DNA from: Gammaproteobacteria bacterium
GTDB lineage: Bacteria > Pseudomonadota > Gammaproteobacteria > Pseudomonadales > Azotimanducaceae
Direction: 5' to 3'
DNA: 64,000 nt
NCBI GenBank assembly: GCA_009846005.1
Contig: VXYL01000070.1
Location: 277,699 to 341,698 of the forward strand
Below are positions 18,096-28,031 of the stretch, one piece after another. The notes beneath the pieces are model-generated. The model was given only the letters and a program-made list of their open reading frames with translations, searched no databases and was not told where the DNA came from. Position 1 is the stretch's first letter, and every line of letters begins with the position of its first letter. The position numbers were made by a program, and so were the translations under genes.

Positions 18096-19337
18096 CTACG
18101 CAACGACCGTCGGTCCGCCACCCTGCAAGACACGGTCGCGGTAGTCGTTGGGGTGTCTTCGGGCGTTGGCGTTGTGCTCCCGCCAGAGCGCCACGAACCA
18201 GTCGGGCACCTTTCGGTCACCGCATTGCGCCGCCAGGCGGTTCATGTAGTCCATCTGACCGTCCTCAAGTCGATGGAAATGGCGTTCCGCCACCCCCGCC
18301 GCCCGCAATGTGTCGATCTCGTCGCAATGCATCCGGCACCGGTCGGCAGGCGATGGCAGAGGAAAGCGGCAGGCGAGCGCACGCGCAAACCATCGCGCCT
18401 GGCGTTGGAACAGTGGGAACGGGACGACGCGGAACGGCAGGCCGATGAACGCAAGGGAGGGATCTTCGACGGCGACGACTTGCTGGTAGAGGCCCTTCAC
18501 CCAGTTGTCGCCGATCGAGACAACGTCGGAACCGAGAAACGGGAACCGGTACCAGTAGCCGGTACAGAACAGCATCGCGTCGACGTCGCGAATCCGCTCC
18601 GTGTTGGTCAGTACGGCGTCCGCACCCTCGAAATACGCTATGGGCGGACACCGCTTGATCCGCCCCGCCTGCTCCCCGAGCGGAGGTTGCTGGTCGAACA
18701 GCCTGCCTGAGAAGAACACCTCGGCGACACCCGCCAACTCGCGCGACAGGTCGCTCCCAGACACCGACGAACCGAGCACGACGACGCGCTGTCCCAGGAA
18801 GTCATCGGGTCGCCGGTAGTTGTGACTGTGCAGCGCCGTACCCGGAAAGTCCGCGAGTCCTCGGATCTCGGGTACCCTCGGTTCCGAGAAGTGTCCGTTG
18901 CACACGGCGACGGCATCGAACCGCTCGCCGTCGACGAGCCAGCCATCGTCCCGGGTCACCTGCCGTACCCGGTAACCCAGGCGCACCGCCTCGCCAATGC
19001 CGGTGTCGATGGCGAAGCGGCGCAGGTACTCGAGCACGCGTGCATGGTGGGGAAAGCGCGGCCAGTCGTCGCGTCCGCCACCGGCACCGTCGAAGGTGTA
19101 CCCCTCGAAGGCCATCAAATCCCTCGGCAGGTTGACGCGCATCGACGCGTATAGCGACGAGTGAATGCGTCGGCTCGGACGTTGTCCGAGCGGGTCGTCC
19201 TCGACGGCGTTCGTGTAGTTCCACAGTCCGCCTACCTGCGCGGACTGCTCGAATACCGTCGCGCGATGCCCTTCAACGACCAGTTCGTGAGCCGTGACAA
19301 GGCCCGCGGCACCGGCACCGATAACGGCGACATGCAC
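18096..19337 (-). CDS. flavin-containing monooxygenase (FMO-type, NADPH-dependent)
   Basis: The FAD fingerprint is VAVIGAGAAGL, GGLWNY follows, the FMO motif is FPGTALHSHNYRRPDDF, and the second Rossmann motif is VVVLGSSVSGSDL. Confidence 0.8.
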   Translation of the reverse strand: MHVAVIGAGAAGLVTAHELVVEGHRATVFEQSAQVGGLWNYTNAVEDDPLGQRPSRRIHSSLYASMRVNLPRDLMAFEGYTFDGAGGGRDDWPRFPHHARVLEYLRRFAIDTGIGEAVRLGYRVRQVTRDDGWLVDGERFDAVAVCNGHFSEPRVPEIRGLADFPGTALHSHNYRRPDDFLGQRVVVLGSSVSGSDLSRELAGVAEVFFSGRLFDQQPPLGEQAGRIKRCPPIAYFEGADAVLTNTERIRDVDAMLFCTGYWYRFPFLGSDVVSIGDNWVKGLYQQVVAVEDPSLAFIGLPFRVVPFPLFQRQARWFARALACRFPLPSPADRCRMHCDEIDTLRAAGVAERHFHRLEDGQMDYMNRLAAQCGDRKVPDWFVALWREHNANARRHPNDYRDRVLQGGGPTVVA

Positions 19338-19362
19338 CCGATGCTCCTATCGCCTGTACGCT

Positions 19363-20070
19363 CTACATCGTTCGCGTACGAAGGCCCTGGCTGACCCGGA
19401 TCTCCATGGTGTGTGCCGTCGCTGGCTGGGTCGCGAGGAATACCGCCGCGTCCGCGATGTCTTCAGCCTGGATGATCGAGTCCGGATCCTCGTTCGGGAA
19501 TCCCTCGCTACGCATCCTTGAGACCGTTGCGTCCGGCAGAATGACGTGGGAACGGATGCCCTGGTAGAGGTATTCGGCGACCAGCGTCTTGGTGAACCCC
19601 ATCACGCCGTGCTTCGAGGCGGCATAGGCGGAGCGATTGCGCGGGCCGACGACGCCGGCACCCGAAGAAATGTTGATGATGCAGCCGCTACGCTGGTCGA
19701 GCATTGACGGCAGCGCGTACTTGGTACACAGGAAGAGCCCGCGCAGGTTGACGTTCATGACGTGGTCCCAGTCCTCCACGGGCAACTCGTGAACCGGCAG
19801 TCGAGCAACCGCTCCGGCGTTGTTCACCAGGATGTCGATTCGACCGTGGGCATCGAGCGCCGCGTCGATCATGCTGCGGATGTCCGCTTCGTCCGCCACG
19901 TCGCAGGGTATGGCCAGCCCGCCGATCGCCTCGGCCACGGCATCGATCTCGTCGACGCTTCGCGCCGAGCAGACGACCGATGCGCCTTCCTTCGCGAACG
20001 CCTCCGCGATGGCCTTGCCGATGCCGCGTCCCGCGCCGGTGACGATTGCCACCTTGTCCCTAAGCTGCAT
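19363..20070 (-). CDS. SDR-family oxidoreductase
   Basis: Motifs present are TGAGRGIGKA, NNAG and YAASKHGV (YxxxK). Confidence 0.85.
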   Translation of the reverse strand: MQLRDKVAIVTGAGRGIGKAIAEAFAKEGASVVCSARSVDEIDAVAEAIGGLAIPCDVADEADIRSMIDAALDAHGRIDILVNNAGAVARLPVHELPVEDWDHVMNVNLRGLFLCTKYALPSMLDQRSGCIINISSGAGVVGPRNRSAYAASKHGVMGFTKTLVAEYLYQGIRSHVILPDATVSRMRSEGFPNEDPDSIIQAEDIADAAVFLATQPATAHTMEIRVSQGLRTRTM

Positions 20071-20160
20071 AGGTGAACTCCCACCTCAACCGAGCGCGCA
20101 GTTTGTGGACACCGCTCGCTGATGGCAAGCGGCCTGGCCGACCCGCGACCGCTTGCCGCC

Positions 20161-22500
20161 TCAGAACAGGGTCATCTGCTTGTCGTCGCCGATCACCCGA
20201 TCGAAATCCAGTCCCAATGCCGCGAGAACCGGTTCGGCAACCGGTCGGACCTGTTTGTCGAGGTAGTGTTCCCGGTCCGGTTCGTGGTCCAACGCGTCCA
20301 AGGGTTCCGGTCCGGCAACCGTGATCAGGTAGGCGATGACGCGGCCGGGTTCACTCGACTTGCGGGCCGCGGCGACATGGGGCGGGGTGTTGGCGGTATA
20401 CGCTGCCGGGTTCTTCCGCAAGCCCTTGCGGTAGACGAGCATGTCGTCCAATTCGCCGTTGCGCAACGCGGTCGCGACGCGCGCCAGGTAGTCCTCCACC
20501 GGCTCGCCCGCGAACAGCCGCTTGTAGAGTTCCCGCTGCACGTCCTTGGCGAGGTCCGTCCAATCGCGGCGAACGACTTCCATGCCCGTGAACTCCACGT
20601 CGGCATGGCCGTCGATCAATCCGGCGTAGCGCTTGCGGGCACCCGATGCACCGTGCCGTAAGGACGGCAGGAAGAGTTTCAGATAGAGCTTCTCGAACTC
20701 CATCTCCAAGCGGCTTTCGACCTGCCATTTGTCCCGGGTGTAGGCGGCGATGGCGCGGTTCAAGTCGCCCGCCAACCCGGATCCGGTCGTGCGCGCCTCT
20801 GCGGCGCTTAGGCCCGAACGAACGAAGACGCTGTCGGTGTCGCCGTAGAGCACATCGTATCCCTTCTCTTCGAACCAGGCCTTCGACCACTGCAGGAAGT
20901 GTCGGCCCATGCCGGTGACGGCATTGGCGATGGCGACGTTGTGGAACCGGCACGCCGGCGTACCCAGAACGCCGTAGAACGAGTTCATGAGGATCTTGAT
21001 GGCTTGTGAAGCCACCGCGTCACCTTGGCGTTTCGCTTCCTCGCGCTGGGGGAAGAGTTCGTCCAGCATGGTCGGCAGTATGGCCTCGTCGCGGCGAAAG
21101 GCGGCGTCCGGAGCAAGGCGGATCTCCGACTCCTCGTCGTCCGGGTTCGCCGAATACCCCAGCGGATCGATGTTGAAGGTGCGGATGACGCTCGGGTACA
21201 GGCTCTTGAAGTCGAACACCCAGACGTTCTCGTGGATGCCCGTGGTGGGCTCGAAGACATGCCCCCCGGCCTGATGCCGCGAAACCCGCGCGTCGTCCGA
21301 ACCCACGGTTGGGGCGACGATGCGCCGTCTGCGAAGCGCCGACAGGTAGCGGAAATCGAAGGACGCGATGCTCGCCGACACGCGATCCGGTGTCATCCCC
21401 GTGAGACGGCTGCGGGCCAACGCCAGGTTCACGAGATCGAGCCTGTCGACGATCTCGAGGGCGAGCCGGGCGTCGGTACGCGCGTACTCCGCAAAGGTCT
21501 CCAGATCGTCGCGGTACCGCCCCAGTATGTCCGCCGCCCGGTCGTCGCCGGCGCCCATCTCGACCTTGCCTTCGCCCAGCACCTCGGTGGCAACGGCGTT
21601 CAGCGAGTAGTCGTCGAAACGCATGAACGCGCCACGCACGAGGTCCATGCCGTCAAGCACCAGCCGACCGGGAATCGACGCTTGTCCGCTGCCGAAATAG
21701 CCCTGTGCCGAACGTAGGCGCACGGCGCCCGGTTCGCGGCCAAGATCAAGCGGCACGCGGACGCGTTTCGCGATCCGGTTCAGGACGTTTAGGTCGAAGT
21801 CGATGACGTTCCAGCCGGTCAGGATGTCGGGATCGGCCCCCTGGATCCGATCAACGAAGGCGTTGAGGGCAACACGTTCATCGGCACACGCAACGGCGCG
21901 GACGGGCATCTCCCGACCCTCGGGTTCAACGATGTAGACCTCGTCGATGCCCATGCCGTAGACGGCGATGGCAAGCAACCGCCTCGCCCGCGGGTCGGTC
22001 TCTATATCGAAGGACAGCACCGATGGCGTCAGCGCAACGGCAGCGGGACGCAACTCCGGGGCGTCGTAGACCCGCGCGATCCGCTCCCCCGGCTCGAATG
22101 CGCCGCGGATCTCACAGCCGCCGCGGATGTCGCGGTCGATCAGGTAGCGCACGGCAAAGCGAACGTCCGCTTCGAAAGTCGCCACGCCGTCGCGGTGAAG
22201 CCGTTCACGCAATGGCACGGTGTCCGCTGGCACAGCGACATCGACCCTGACGACCGTCTCGCCCGCAAAGGTCTTCTTGGCGGTCTCGAACTGGCGCGTG
22301 GCGCCAAGTCGATGTGCCCGTTCGGCATCACGTCGAAGAACGAAGAAGTGCGGGACCTGGCGGCGGTCGCGGACCAGGAACGTGCCGCCGTCCTCCAGCA
22401 CACCGAAGAGGTGAACGACCGGGACGCCGTTCTGAATGCGGTAGCTGGCCTGAAGGATGATACCGCGCGCCACTGCGGCGATTTCAGTGGCCTGCTCCAC
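20161..22500 (-). CDS. polB: DNA polymerase II (family B)
   Basis: Exonuclease motif I is LSFDIETD, the polymerase motifs are DFKSLYPSVI and YGDTDSVFV, and KILMNSFYGVLG is present. Length is 779 aa. Confidence 0.9.
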   Translation of the reverse strand: MEQATEIAAVARGIILQASYRIQNGVPVVHLFGVLEDGGTFLVRDRRQVPHFFVLRRDAERAHRLGATRQFETAKKTFAGETVVRVDVAVPADTVPLRERLHRDGVATFEADVRFAVRYLIDRDIRGGCEIRGAFEPGERIARVYDAPELRPAAVALTPSVLSFDIETDPRARRLLAIAVYGMGIDEVYIVEPEGREMPVRAVACADERVALNAFVDRIQGADPDILTGWNVIDFDLNVLNRIAKRVRVPLDLGREPGAVRLRSAQGYFGSGQASIPGRLVLDGMDLVRGAFMRFDDYSLNAVATEVLGEGKVEMGAGDDRAADILGRYRDDLETFAEYARTDARLALEIVDRLDLVNLALARSRLTGMTPDRVSASIASFDFRYLSALRRRRIVAPTVGSDDARVSRHQAGGHVFEPTTGIHENVWVFDFKSLYPSVIRTFNIDPLGYSANPDDEESEIRLAPDAAFRRDEAILPTMLDELFPQREEAKRQGDAVASQAIKILMNSFYGVLGTPACRFHNVAIANAVTGMGRHFLQWSKAWFEEKGYDVLYGDTDSVFVRSGLSAAEARTTGSGLAGDLNRAIAAYTRDKWQVESRLEMEFEKLYLKLFLPSLRHGASGARKRYAGLIDGHADVEFTGMEVVRRDWTDLAKDVQRELYKRLFAGEPVEDYLARVATALRNGELDDMLVYRKGLRKNPAAYTANTPPHVAAARKSSEPGRVIAYLITVAGPEPLDALDHEPDREHYLDKQVRPVAEPVLAALGLDFDRVIGDDKQMTLF

Positions 22501-22529
22501 GGCTACCGCACCGTCTTACAACCGGCGGC

Positions 22530-23312
22530 TCACCGCCACATGTGGGTGCCGCCGCATACGGCGATGGCCTGGCCGGTGATGTACGCGCTGGCCGGCGACG
22601 CCAGGAACACGGCGATGCCCTTTAGGTCCTCGGATTCCCCGAGCCTGCGCAGCGGCGTGTTGGTTTCGGCGTTGCGCTTGGCCTGGTCGTTGTCCCAAAG
22701 GGCGCGTGCGAAGTCCGTCTTGATGAGGCCCGGGCAGATGGCGTTGACGCGAACGCCGCTGGGGCCGTATTCCAGCGCGAGGTTGCGCACCAATGCGATG
22801 TCGGCGAGCTTCGAGATGGCGTAGGTGCCCAGCGTCAGCGACGGCGTGAACGCGCCCGTGCTGGAGGTGATCATCATCGAGCCGCCCCCGCTCGCCACCA
22901 TGTCCGACACCACCATCTGGGCGAGCCAATGATTGGAGCGGACGTTGGAACTCATGATCTTGTCGAACGCCGAATCCGGAATCTCGGACATCGGCCCGTA
23001 GAACGGGTTGATCCCGGCATTGGCGACGAGGATGTCGATGGGCCCGAGGCGGTCGCGGGTCTCGCCCACGAGGGCTTCAAGCTGGTCCTTGTAGCCGATG
23101 TTGCAGGCCAGCGGAACGGCCATCTCGTCGCCGCACTTCTCGTTGATCCCGTTGCAGGCGGCCTCGCACTGGTCGAGCTTGCGACTTGAGACGACAACCC
23201 GGGCGCCGTGCTCGGCAAGCCCCTCGGCCATGGCTAGCCCCATGCCCTTGGAAGCGCCGGTCAACAACGCGACCTTGCCGGTGAGATCGAAGAGGGAGGT
23301 TGCGACAGTCAT
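22530..23312 (-). CDS. SDR-family oxidoreductase
   Basis: Motifs present are TGASKGMGLA, ANAG and YAISKLAD (YxxxK). Confidence 0.85.
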   Translation of the reverse strand: MTVATSLFDLTGKVALLTGASKGMGLAMAEGLAEHGARVVVSSRKLDQCEAACNGINEKCGDEMAVPLACNIGYKDQLEALVGETRDRLGPIDILVANAGINPFYGPMSEIPDSAFDKIMSSNVRSNHWLAQMVVSDMVASGGGSMMITSSTGAFTPSLTLGTYAISKLADIALVRNLALEYGPSGVRVNAICPGLIKTDFARALWDNDQAKRNAETNTPLRRLGESEDLKGIAVFLASPASAYITGQAIAVCGGTHMWR

Positions 23313-23462
23313 CGGGAATTCCTATTGCAAGACCGGGCAAGCGTATCGGCTCCGGTTGCATAGCGCCAACCGGAAACCAACGGGCCCGTAGGCGACGGGC
23401 TCGTCCCGTCCCGTCGTTCTGGAGCCGACATGCCCGCCATGGGGGCACGCCGGGAGGTCGTC

Positions 23463-24629
23463 TCAGACCCCGTACAACGCCTTGACGTTGTCGCTGGTGA
23501 TCTTCGCGCGATCCGCGTCGGGAATCCCCTCGAACAACTCGTCGAGTACCTCGTTCGAGCAGGGCCAAGTGGAGTCGGTGTGCGGGTAGTCGGAGCCCCA
23601 CATGAGGTTGTCGACGCCAATCAATTGCCGCGTCGCGAGCGCCGGTCGGTCATCTTCGATGGTTGCGTAGAACTGGCGCTTCCACACCTCGTGGGGCGGC
23701 GTGCCGGTGAAGGGTTCGTCCATGTTGCGGCGTTCCCGCTGCAAGCCCTGGTCTACCCGGTCGAGCCAGTGTGCGATCCATCCGGCATTGAACTCGGCAA
23801 CGACGATCTTGAGGTTCGGGTGACGTTGGCAGACACCCCGGCACATGAATTCCACGATGGTGCGCTGCACCGTGCCCTGGGAGGCGGCGTAGTCCGCGAT
23901 GGCGTCGGGCCGCACCGGGCGTCGGCGCTGTTCCCGGGGAACATAGGCGTTCGTGCCGACGTGCATGGACAGCGGGAAACCGGCCTCTTCGGCCCGCGCG
24001 AAGACCGGTTCGTAGGCGTCGTCGAAGTACGGACGGTCGGCGGGGGACGTGCAGGGGATGCACCCGCCCTTGAAGCCCATCTTGATGACCCGGTCGATCT
24101 CCACCACGGCGGCTTCGGGATCCTGGACAGGGATGGCTGCCAAGCCGAACAGGCGTCCGCCGGAGGCCGTCGAGTAGTCGTGGAGCCAGTCGTTGTAGTT
24201 CTTCTGCAACGCAACGAGCAGGGGCGTGTTCTTTAGGCCGAACATGCCGAAGAACCCCGGGTAGAGGAACTCCGCCGCCAAGCCGTCGACATCCTGGTCC
24301 TCGTAGCGGTGGGCACCGTCCACCAAGCCCTTGCGCATGCCCGCATAGCCCTTGTTGAAGAGCGCGACCAACTCCGGGTCCTTCATGTGCGCAACGTCGG
24401 GCTTGTGGCCGGGCTTACGGGTGAGCGGCTCGTTGCGGGCGAGACGCGTGGCGGCCATGCCCATGCGCGCGACGCTGACTCCCCGCATGCCGTTCGCCGG
24501 GATCACAATGGCATCCACTTGGTCGCCAACGTCCATGATCCGCGGTGCCTGGTCGCCGAAACGGTCCGGGAGTCCCGTGAACACGTCGCGGCCTTCCACG
24601 ACGTGCGAGTCTGCCGAAATGGGTTTCAT
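23463..24629 (-). CDS. amidohydrolase-2 family protein (ACMSD-like metal-dependent hydrolase/decarboxylase)
   Basis: The N-terminus is ISADSHVVE (metal-binding HxH-type position) and the C-terminus is LMWGSDYPHTDSTWP, typical of the amidohydrolase_2 family. Confidence 0.75.
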   Translation of the reverse strand: MKPISADSHVVEGRDVFTGLPDRFGDQAPRIMDVGDQVDAIVIPANGMRGVSVARMGMAATRLARNEPLTRKPGHKPDVAHMKDPELVALFNKGYAGMRKGLVDGAHRYEDQDVDGLAAEFLYPGFFGMFGLKNTPLLVALQKNYNDWLHDYSTASGGRLFGLAAIPVQDPEAAVVEIDRVIKMGFKGGCIPCTSPADRPYFDDAYEPVFARAEEAGFPLSMHVGTNAYVPREQRRRPVRPDAIADYAASQGTVQRTIVEFMCRGVCQRHPNLKIVVAEFNAGWIAHWLDRVDQGLQRERRNMDEPFTGTPPHEVWKRQFYATIEDDRPALATRQLIGVDNLMWGSDYPHTDSTWPCSNEVLDELFEGIPDADRAKITSDNVKALYGV

Positions 24630-24926
24630 GGCGCCGCTCCTGAAGGACCTATTTCGATTCTACCCGCCCTCGACACATGGCGTCGGCCATGTCGCATCGC
24701 TCAGCTCACCGACCAGTCCTCGCAACGACGGTCTTCGATGAGTTCGAACCCCCGAGTGTTCGCTCAGGCAACCAGCCAAGTAAGCACTACCACAGCCGCG
24801 CCCATCTTCGGTAGCATCGACAGCTTGCCGCTGACCGCAAGGAGAGGGGTCTCGCCGGATGCAGCTAGTCACGCTGTAGCGACACACGTATCCGCGCGGC
24901 AAGTTGCCGACATCTTGGGGAGGTAG

Positions 24927-26024
24927 ATGGGCCGTTACATCCTGCGCAGGCTGACGCTGATCCTGCCGACGTTGTTCGGCATCCTGCTGCTCACCTTCAC
25001 CATCGCCCAGTTCGCGCCGGGCGGCCCCATCGAGCAGATCATCGCCAAGGCGACGATGGGCACGGTGTCCACGACCTCGAACTTCAGCGGCGGCGGCGGC
25101 GATTCGGGCGTCAGTTCGCAGGCCATGGACACGACGCTGACCGGCGGCGAGAACCTCGGCACCTACGGGCTGGATCCGGAACTCATCGCCGACCTCGAGA
25201 AGCAGTTCGGTTTCGACAAGCCGGTCCATGTGCGGTTCTTCACGATGGTGTGGAACTACGTGCGGCTCGACTTCGGGGAAAGCTACTTCCAGGATCGCCC
25301 CGTGTTCGATCTCGTCATCGAGCGCATGCCCGTGTCCATTTCCCTCGGCCTGTGGTCGCTGCTCATCATCTACGGAATATCGATCCCCCTAGGCGTCGCC
25401 AAAGCCGTTCGCGACGGTACGCCGTTCGACTTCTGGACCAGCACCGTGATATTCGTCGGCTACGCGATCCCCGGCTTCATCCTCGCGATCCTGCTGATCA
25501 TCCTGTTCGCCGGCGGGAACTATCTCGATATCTTCCCGCTACGCGGCCTGGTCTCCGAAAACTGGAGCGAACTTACCTGGTACGGCAAGATAGGGGACTA
25601 CTTCTGGCATCTCGCGATGCCGCTAGCCGCGCTCACCGTGGGCGGCTTCGCGACGCTGTCGATGCTTACGAAGAATTCATTCCTGGAGGAGATCAACAAG
25701 CAGTTCGTGCTGACCGCCCGCGCGAAGGGGTTAACCGAACGGCGCGTCCTCTACGGGCATGTATTCAGGAACGCCATGCTCATCGTCATCGCCGGGTTCC
25801 CGGGGGCGTTCGTCGGGATCTTCTTCTACGGCAGCGTCCTGGTCGAGGTGATCTTCTCTCTCGAGGGCATGGGCCTCCTATCCTACGACGCGCTCATTAA
25901 ACGGGACTACCCGATACTCTTCGGCACCCTGTTCATGTTCGGGCTGGTCGGTCTCGTCATGCACCTAGTCGGCGATCTCACCTACGTGCTCGTGGATCCC
26001 CGAATCGACTTCGAGACCCGCTAG
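24927..26024 (+). CDS. yejB: oligopeptide/microcin C-type ABC importer permease
   Basis: MGRYILRRLTLILPTLFGILLLTFTIAQFAPGGPIEQIIAK and the overall length match YejB. A GGAGG Shine-Dalgarno precedes the ATG. Confidence 0.8.
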   Translation: MGRYILRRLTLILPTLFGILLLTFTIAQFAPGGPIEQIIAKATMGTVSTTSNFSGGGGDSGVSSQAMDTTLTGGENLGTYGLDPELIADLEKQFGFDKPVHVRFFTMVWNYVRLDFGESYFQDRPVFDLVIERMPVSISLGLWSLLIIYGISIPLGVAKAVRDGTPFDFWTSTVIFVGYAIPGFILAILLIILFAGGNYLDIFPLRGLVSENWSELTWYGKIGDYFWHLAMPLAALTVGGFATLSMLTKNSFLEEINKQFVLTARAKGLTERRVLYGHVFRNAMLIVIAGFPGAFVGIFFYGSVLVEVIFSLEGMGLLSYDALIKRDYPILFGTLFMFGLVGLVMHLVGDLTYVLVDPRIDFETR

Positions 26025-26036
26025 GCCCGCGCCGAC

Positions 26037-27137
26037 ATGCACATCTCGCCCCTCAATCGCCGCCGGCTAAACAACTTCAAGGCCAACCGCCGGGGCTACT
26101 ACTCGATGTGGATATTCCTCGCGCTGTTCGTGACATCGCTGTTCGCGGAGTTCATCGCCAACGACAAACCCATCGTCGTCTACCTGAACGGCAAGTGGTT
26201 CTTCCCGGTCTACGAGTTCGTGACGGAAGCGGAACTCGGCGGCGAACTACCCATCGAGGCGGACTACGCGGACCCCTATGTTCAGAACCTCATCGAGACG
26301 GGCGACGGCTGGACGATCAATCCGCCTATTCCCTACAGCTACGACTCCATTGATCTATACATCGACAGTTCCGCACCCGCCCACCCCTCCGGCCAGCATT
26401 GGCTGGGCACGGACGACAGTGCCAAGGACACCCTCGGGCGGCTGATCTACGGGTTCCGCCTGTCCGTGCTGTTCGGCATCACGCTCACCTTCTTGAGTTC
26501 CTGCATCGGCATCGCCGTGGGTGCGCTGCAGGGCTACTTCGGCGGTCTGGTGGACCTAATCGGGCAGCGTCTGGTCGAGATCTGGAACTCGCTGCCGACC
26601 TTGCTCATCCTCATCATCATGGCGAGCATCTTCCAGCCGACCGTGTACCTGCTGCTGTTGATCCTGGTGTTCTTCAGTTGGATGGCACTGGTTTCGGTGG
26701 TGCGCGCGGAGTTCCTGCGCGCCCGCAACTTCGACTATGTGCGCGCGGCCCGCTCCCTCGGCGTGTCCAACCTCACCATCATGCGCCGCCACGTTCTGCC
26801 CAACGCCATGGTGGCGACCCTGACTTTCGTGCCGTTCATCCTGAGCGGCGCGGTAACGACACTGACGGCGTTGGATTTCCTCGGCTTCGGTCTGCCCGCC
26901 GGGTCGCCGTCTCTGGGCGAACTGCTCGCACAGGGCAAGAACAACGTCCACGCACCTTGGCTTGGACTCACCGGGTTCTTCACGCTGGCGATTCTCTTGA
27001 CGCTGTTGATCTTCGTGGGCGAGGCGGCACGGGACGCCCTAGACCCCCGGCGAACGATGAGTGATCCGCTGGCGATCGGCGCCACCCCGGCAACTGCCGA
27101 TGCCAGGGACACCGCAGAGGCGTCCACCGCTGACTAG
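26037..27137 (+). CDS. yejE: oligopeptide/microcin C-type ABC importer permease
   Basis: NRRRLNNFKANRRGYYSMWIF, HWLGTDDSAKDTLGRLIYG and the EAA-loop region RAARSLGVSNLTIMRRHVLPN are typical of YejE. Confidence 0.8.
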   Translation: MHISPLNRRRLNNFKANRRGYYSMWIFLALFVTSLFAEFIANDKPIVVYLNGKWFFPVYEFVTEAELGGELPIEADYADPYVQNLIETGDGWTINPPIPYSYDSIDLYIDSSAPAHPSGQHWLGTDDSAKDTLGRLIYGFRLSVLFGITLTFLSSCIGIAVGALQGYFGGLVDLIGQRLVEIWNSLPTLLILIIMASIFQPTVYLLLLILVFFSWMALVSVVRAEFLRARNFDYVRAARSLGVSNLTIMRRHVLPNAMVATLTFVPFILSGAVTTLTALDFLGFGLPAGSPSLGELLAQGKNNVHAPWLGLTGFFTLAILLTLLIFVGEAARDALDPRRTMSDPLAIGATPATADARDTAEASTAD

Positions 27138-27164
27138 CGTTGCCGCCGTAGGAACGACGGGGCG

Positions 27165-28025
27165 CTAGTCGGACACGCGCGCCAGCATTTCCACGAGACC
27201 CGTCAGACGAATGCCAAGCGCTTCGGCGCCGGGTTGCGGGTCGATGTCGTCGTCGTGATCCAAGACGCCGAGCATGGCTCGCGTCAGCGGGGGATTGGCG
27301 CCGAGGCGTTCCAGCATCCAGGCCAAGGCGTAGCCCAACCCCAATGGCAACGACACGACCCGGGTTCCAACGGCAGAGGCCAAGGCAATGAGTTCCCGAC
27401 GGGTCAATGACCGCGGTCCGGCCAACTCCAAGACGCCGAGGGGCACGCCGGGAGCGAGTCCCGTCAGAATGGCGTCAACGACATCGCCCGCGTAGATCGG
27501 CTGTTCCAGGCTCGACGCCCGGAATTCGAAAGCGATTCGGCGGCTGGCCTTGGCGAGCAGCGCGGCGCTCGCGTAGTCGCCTTCGCCGAGGACCATGGGA
27601 ACCCGGATCACCAAGCTCGGGATCGCCGAGCCCAGGAGGATCGTCTCCGCCCGGGCCTTGGAGGCGAGGCATGCATTGGTTGAGTCTTCGTCCGCGCCGA
27701 GAATTGACAGGTAGACAATGCGCCTGATGCCTGCGTCCGATGCCGCCCGGAGCAGGTTGCGGCTCGCATCCTCGTGCGCAGCGGCATAGGTCGCGCTATC
27801 GCTTTCCTTGATGATCCCGACGAGATGGGCAACGGCGGAGCAACCGGCGCACGCACGCCTTAAGGCCTCCACGTCCGCATAGTCGACGATGCACACGTCG
27901 CCGTGGCCCGCAAGCGTCGCGGCTGCCGCTTCCGAGCGAACCATCGCTCGGGTCGGCACAGTCAGTTCCTCGAGTAGCCGGCGCCCAAGGTGGCCATTCG
28001 CGCCGGTGACGAGGACACGTTCCAC
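27165..28025 (-). CDS. NAD(P)H-binding (NmrA/atypical SDR-like) protein
   Basis: The N-terminus VLVTGANGHLGRRL is a Rossmann motif. The start is GTG. Length is 286 aa. Confidence 0.7.
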   Translation of the reverse strand: MERVLVTGANGHLGRRLLEELTVPTRAMVRSEAAAATLAGHGDVCIVDYADVEALRRACAGCSAVAHLVGIIKESDSATYAAAHEDASRNLLRAASDAGIRRIVYLSILGADEDSTNACLASKARAETILLGSAIPSLVIRVPMVLGEGDYASAALLAKASRRIAFEFRASSLEQPIYAGDVVDAILTGLAPGVPLGVLELAGPRSLTRRELIALASAVGTRVVSLPLGLGYALAWMLERLGANPPLTRAMLGVLDHDDDIDPQPGAEALGIRLTGLVEMLARVSD

Positions 28026-28031
28026 CGGATT

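Noticed and set aside
20161-22500. polB as part of the RiPP/tailoring cluster
   Set aside because: It is a full-length housekeeping-type family B polymerase with intact exonuclease and polymerase motifs. Its position between redox genes is most simply coincidental.
24630-24926. ~300-nt leader upstream of yejB as a possible riboswitch
   Set aside because: I could not recognise any known riboswitch consensus or convincing conserved structure by eye. It is most likely just a divergent promoter region.
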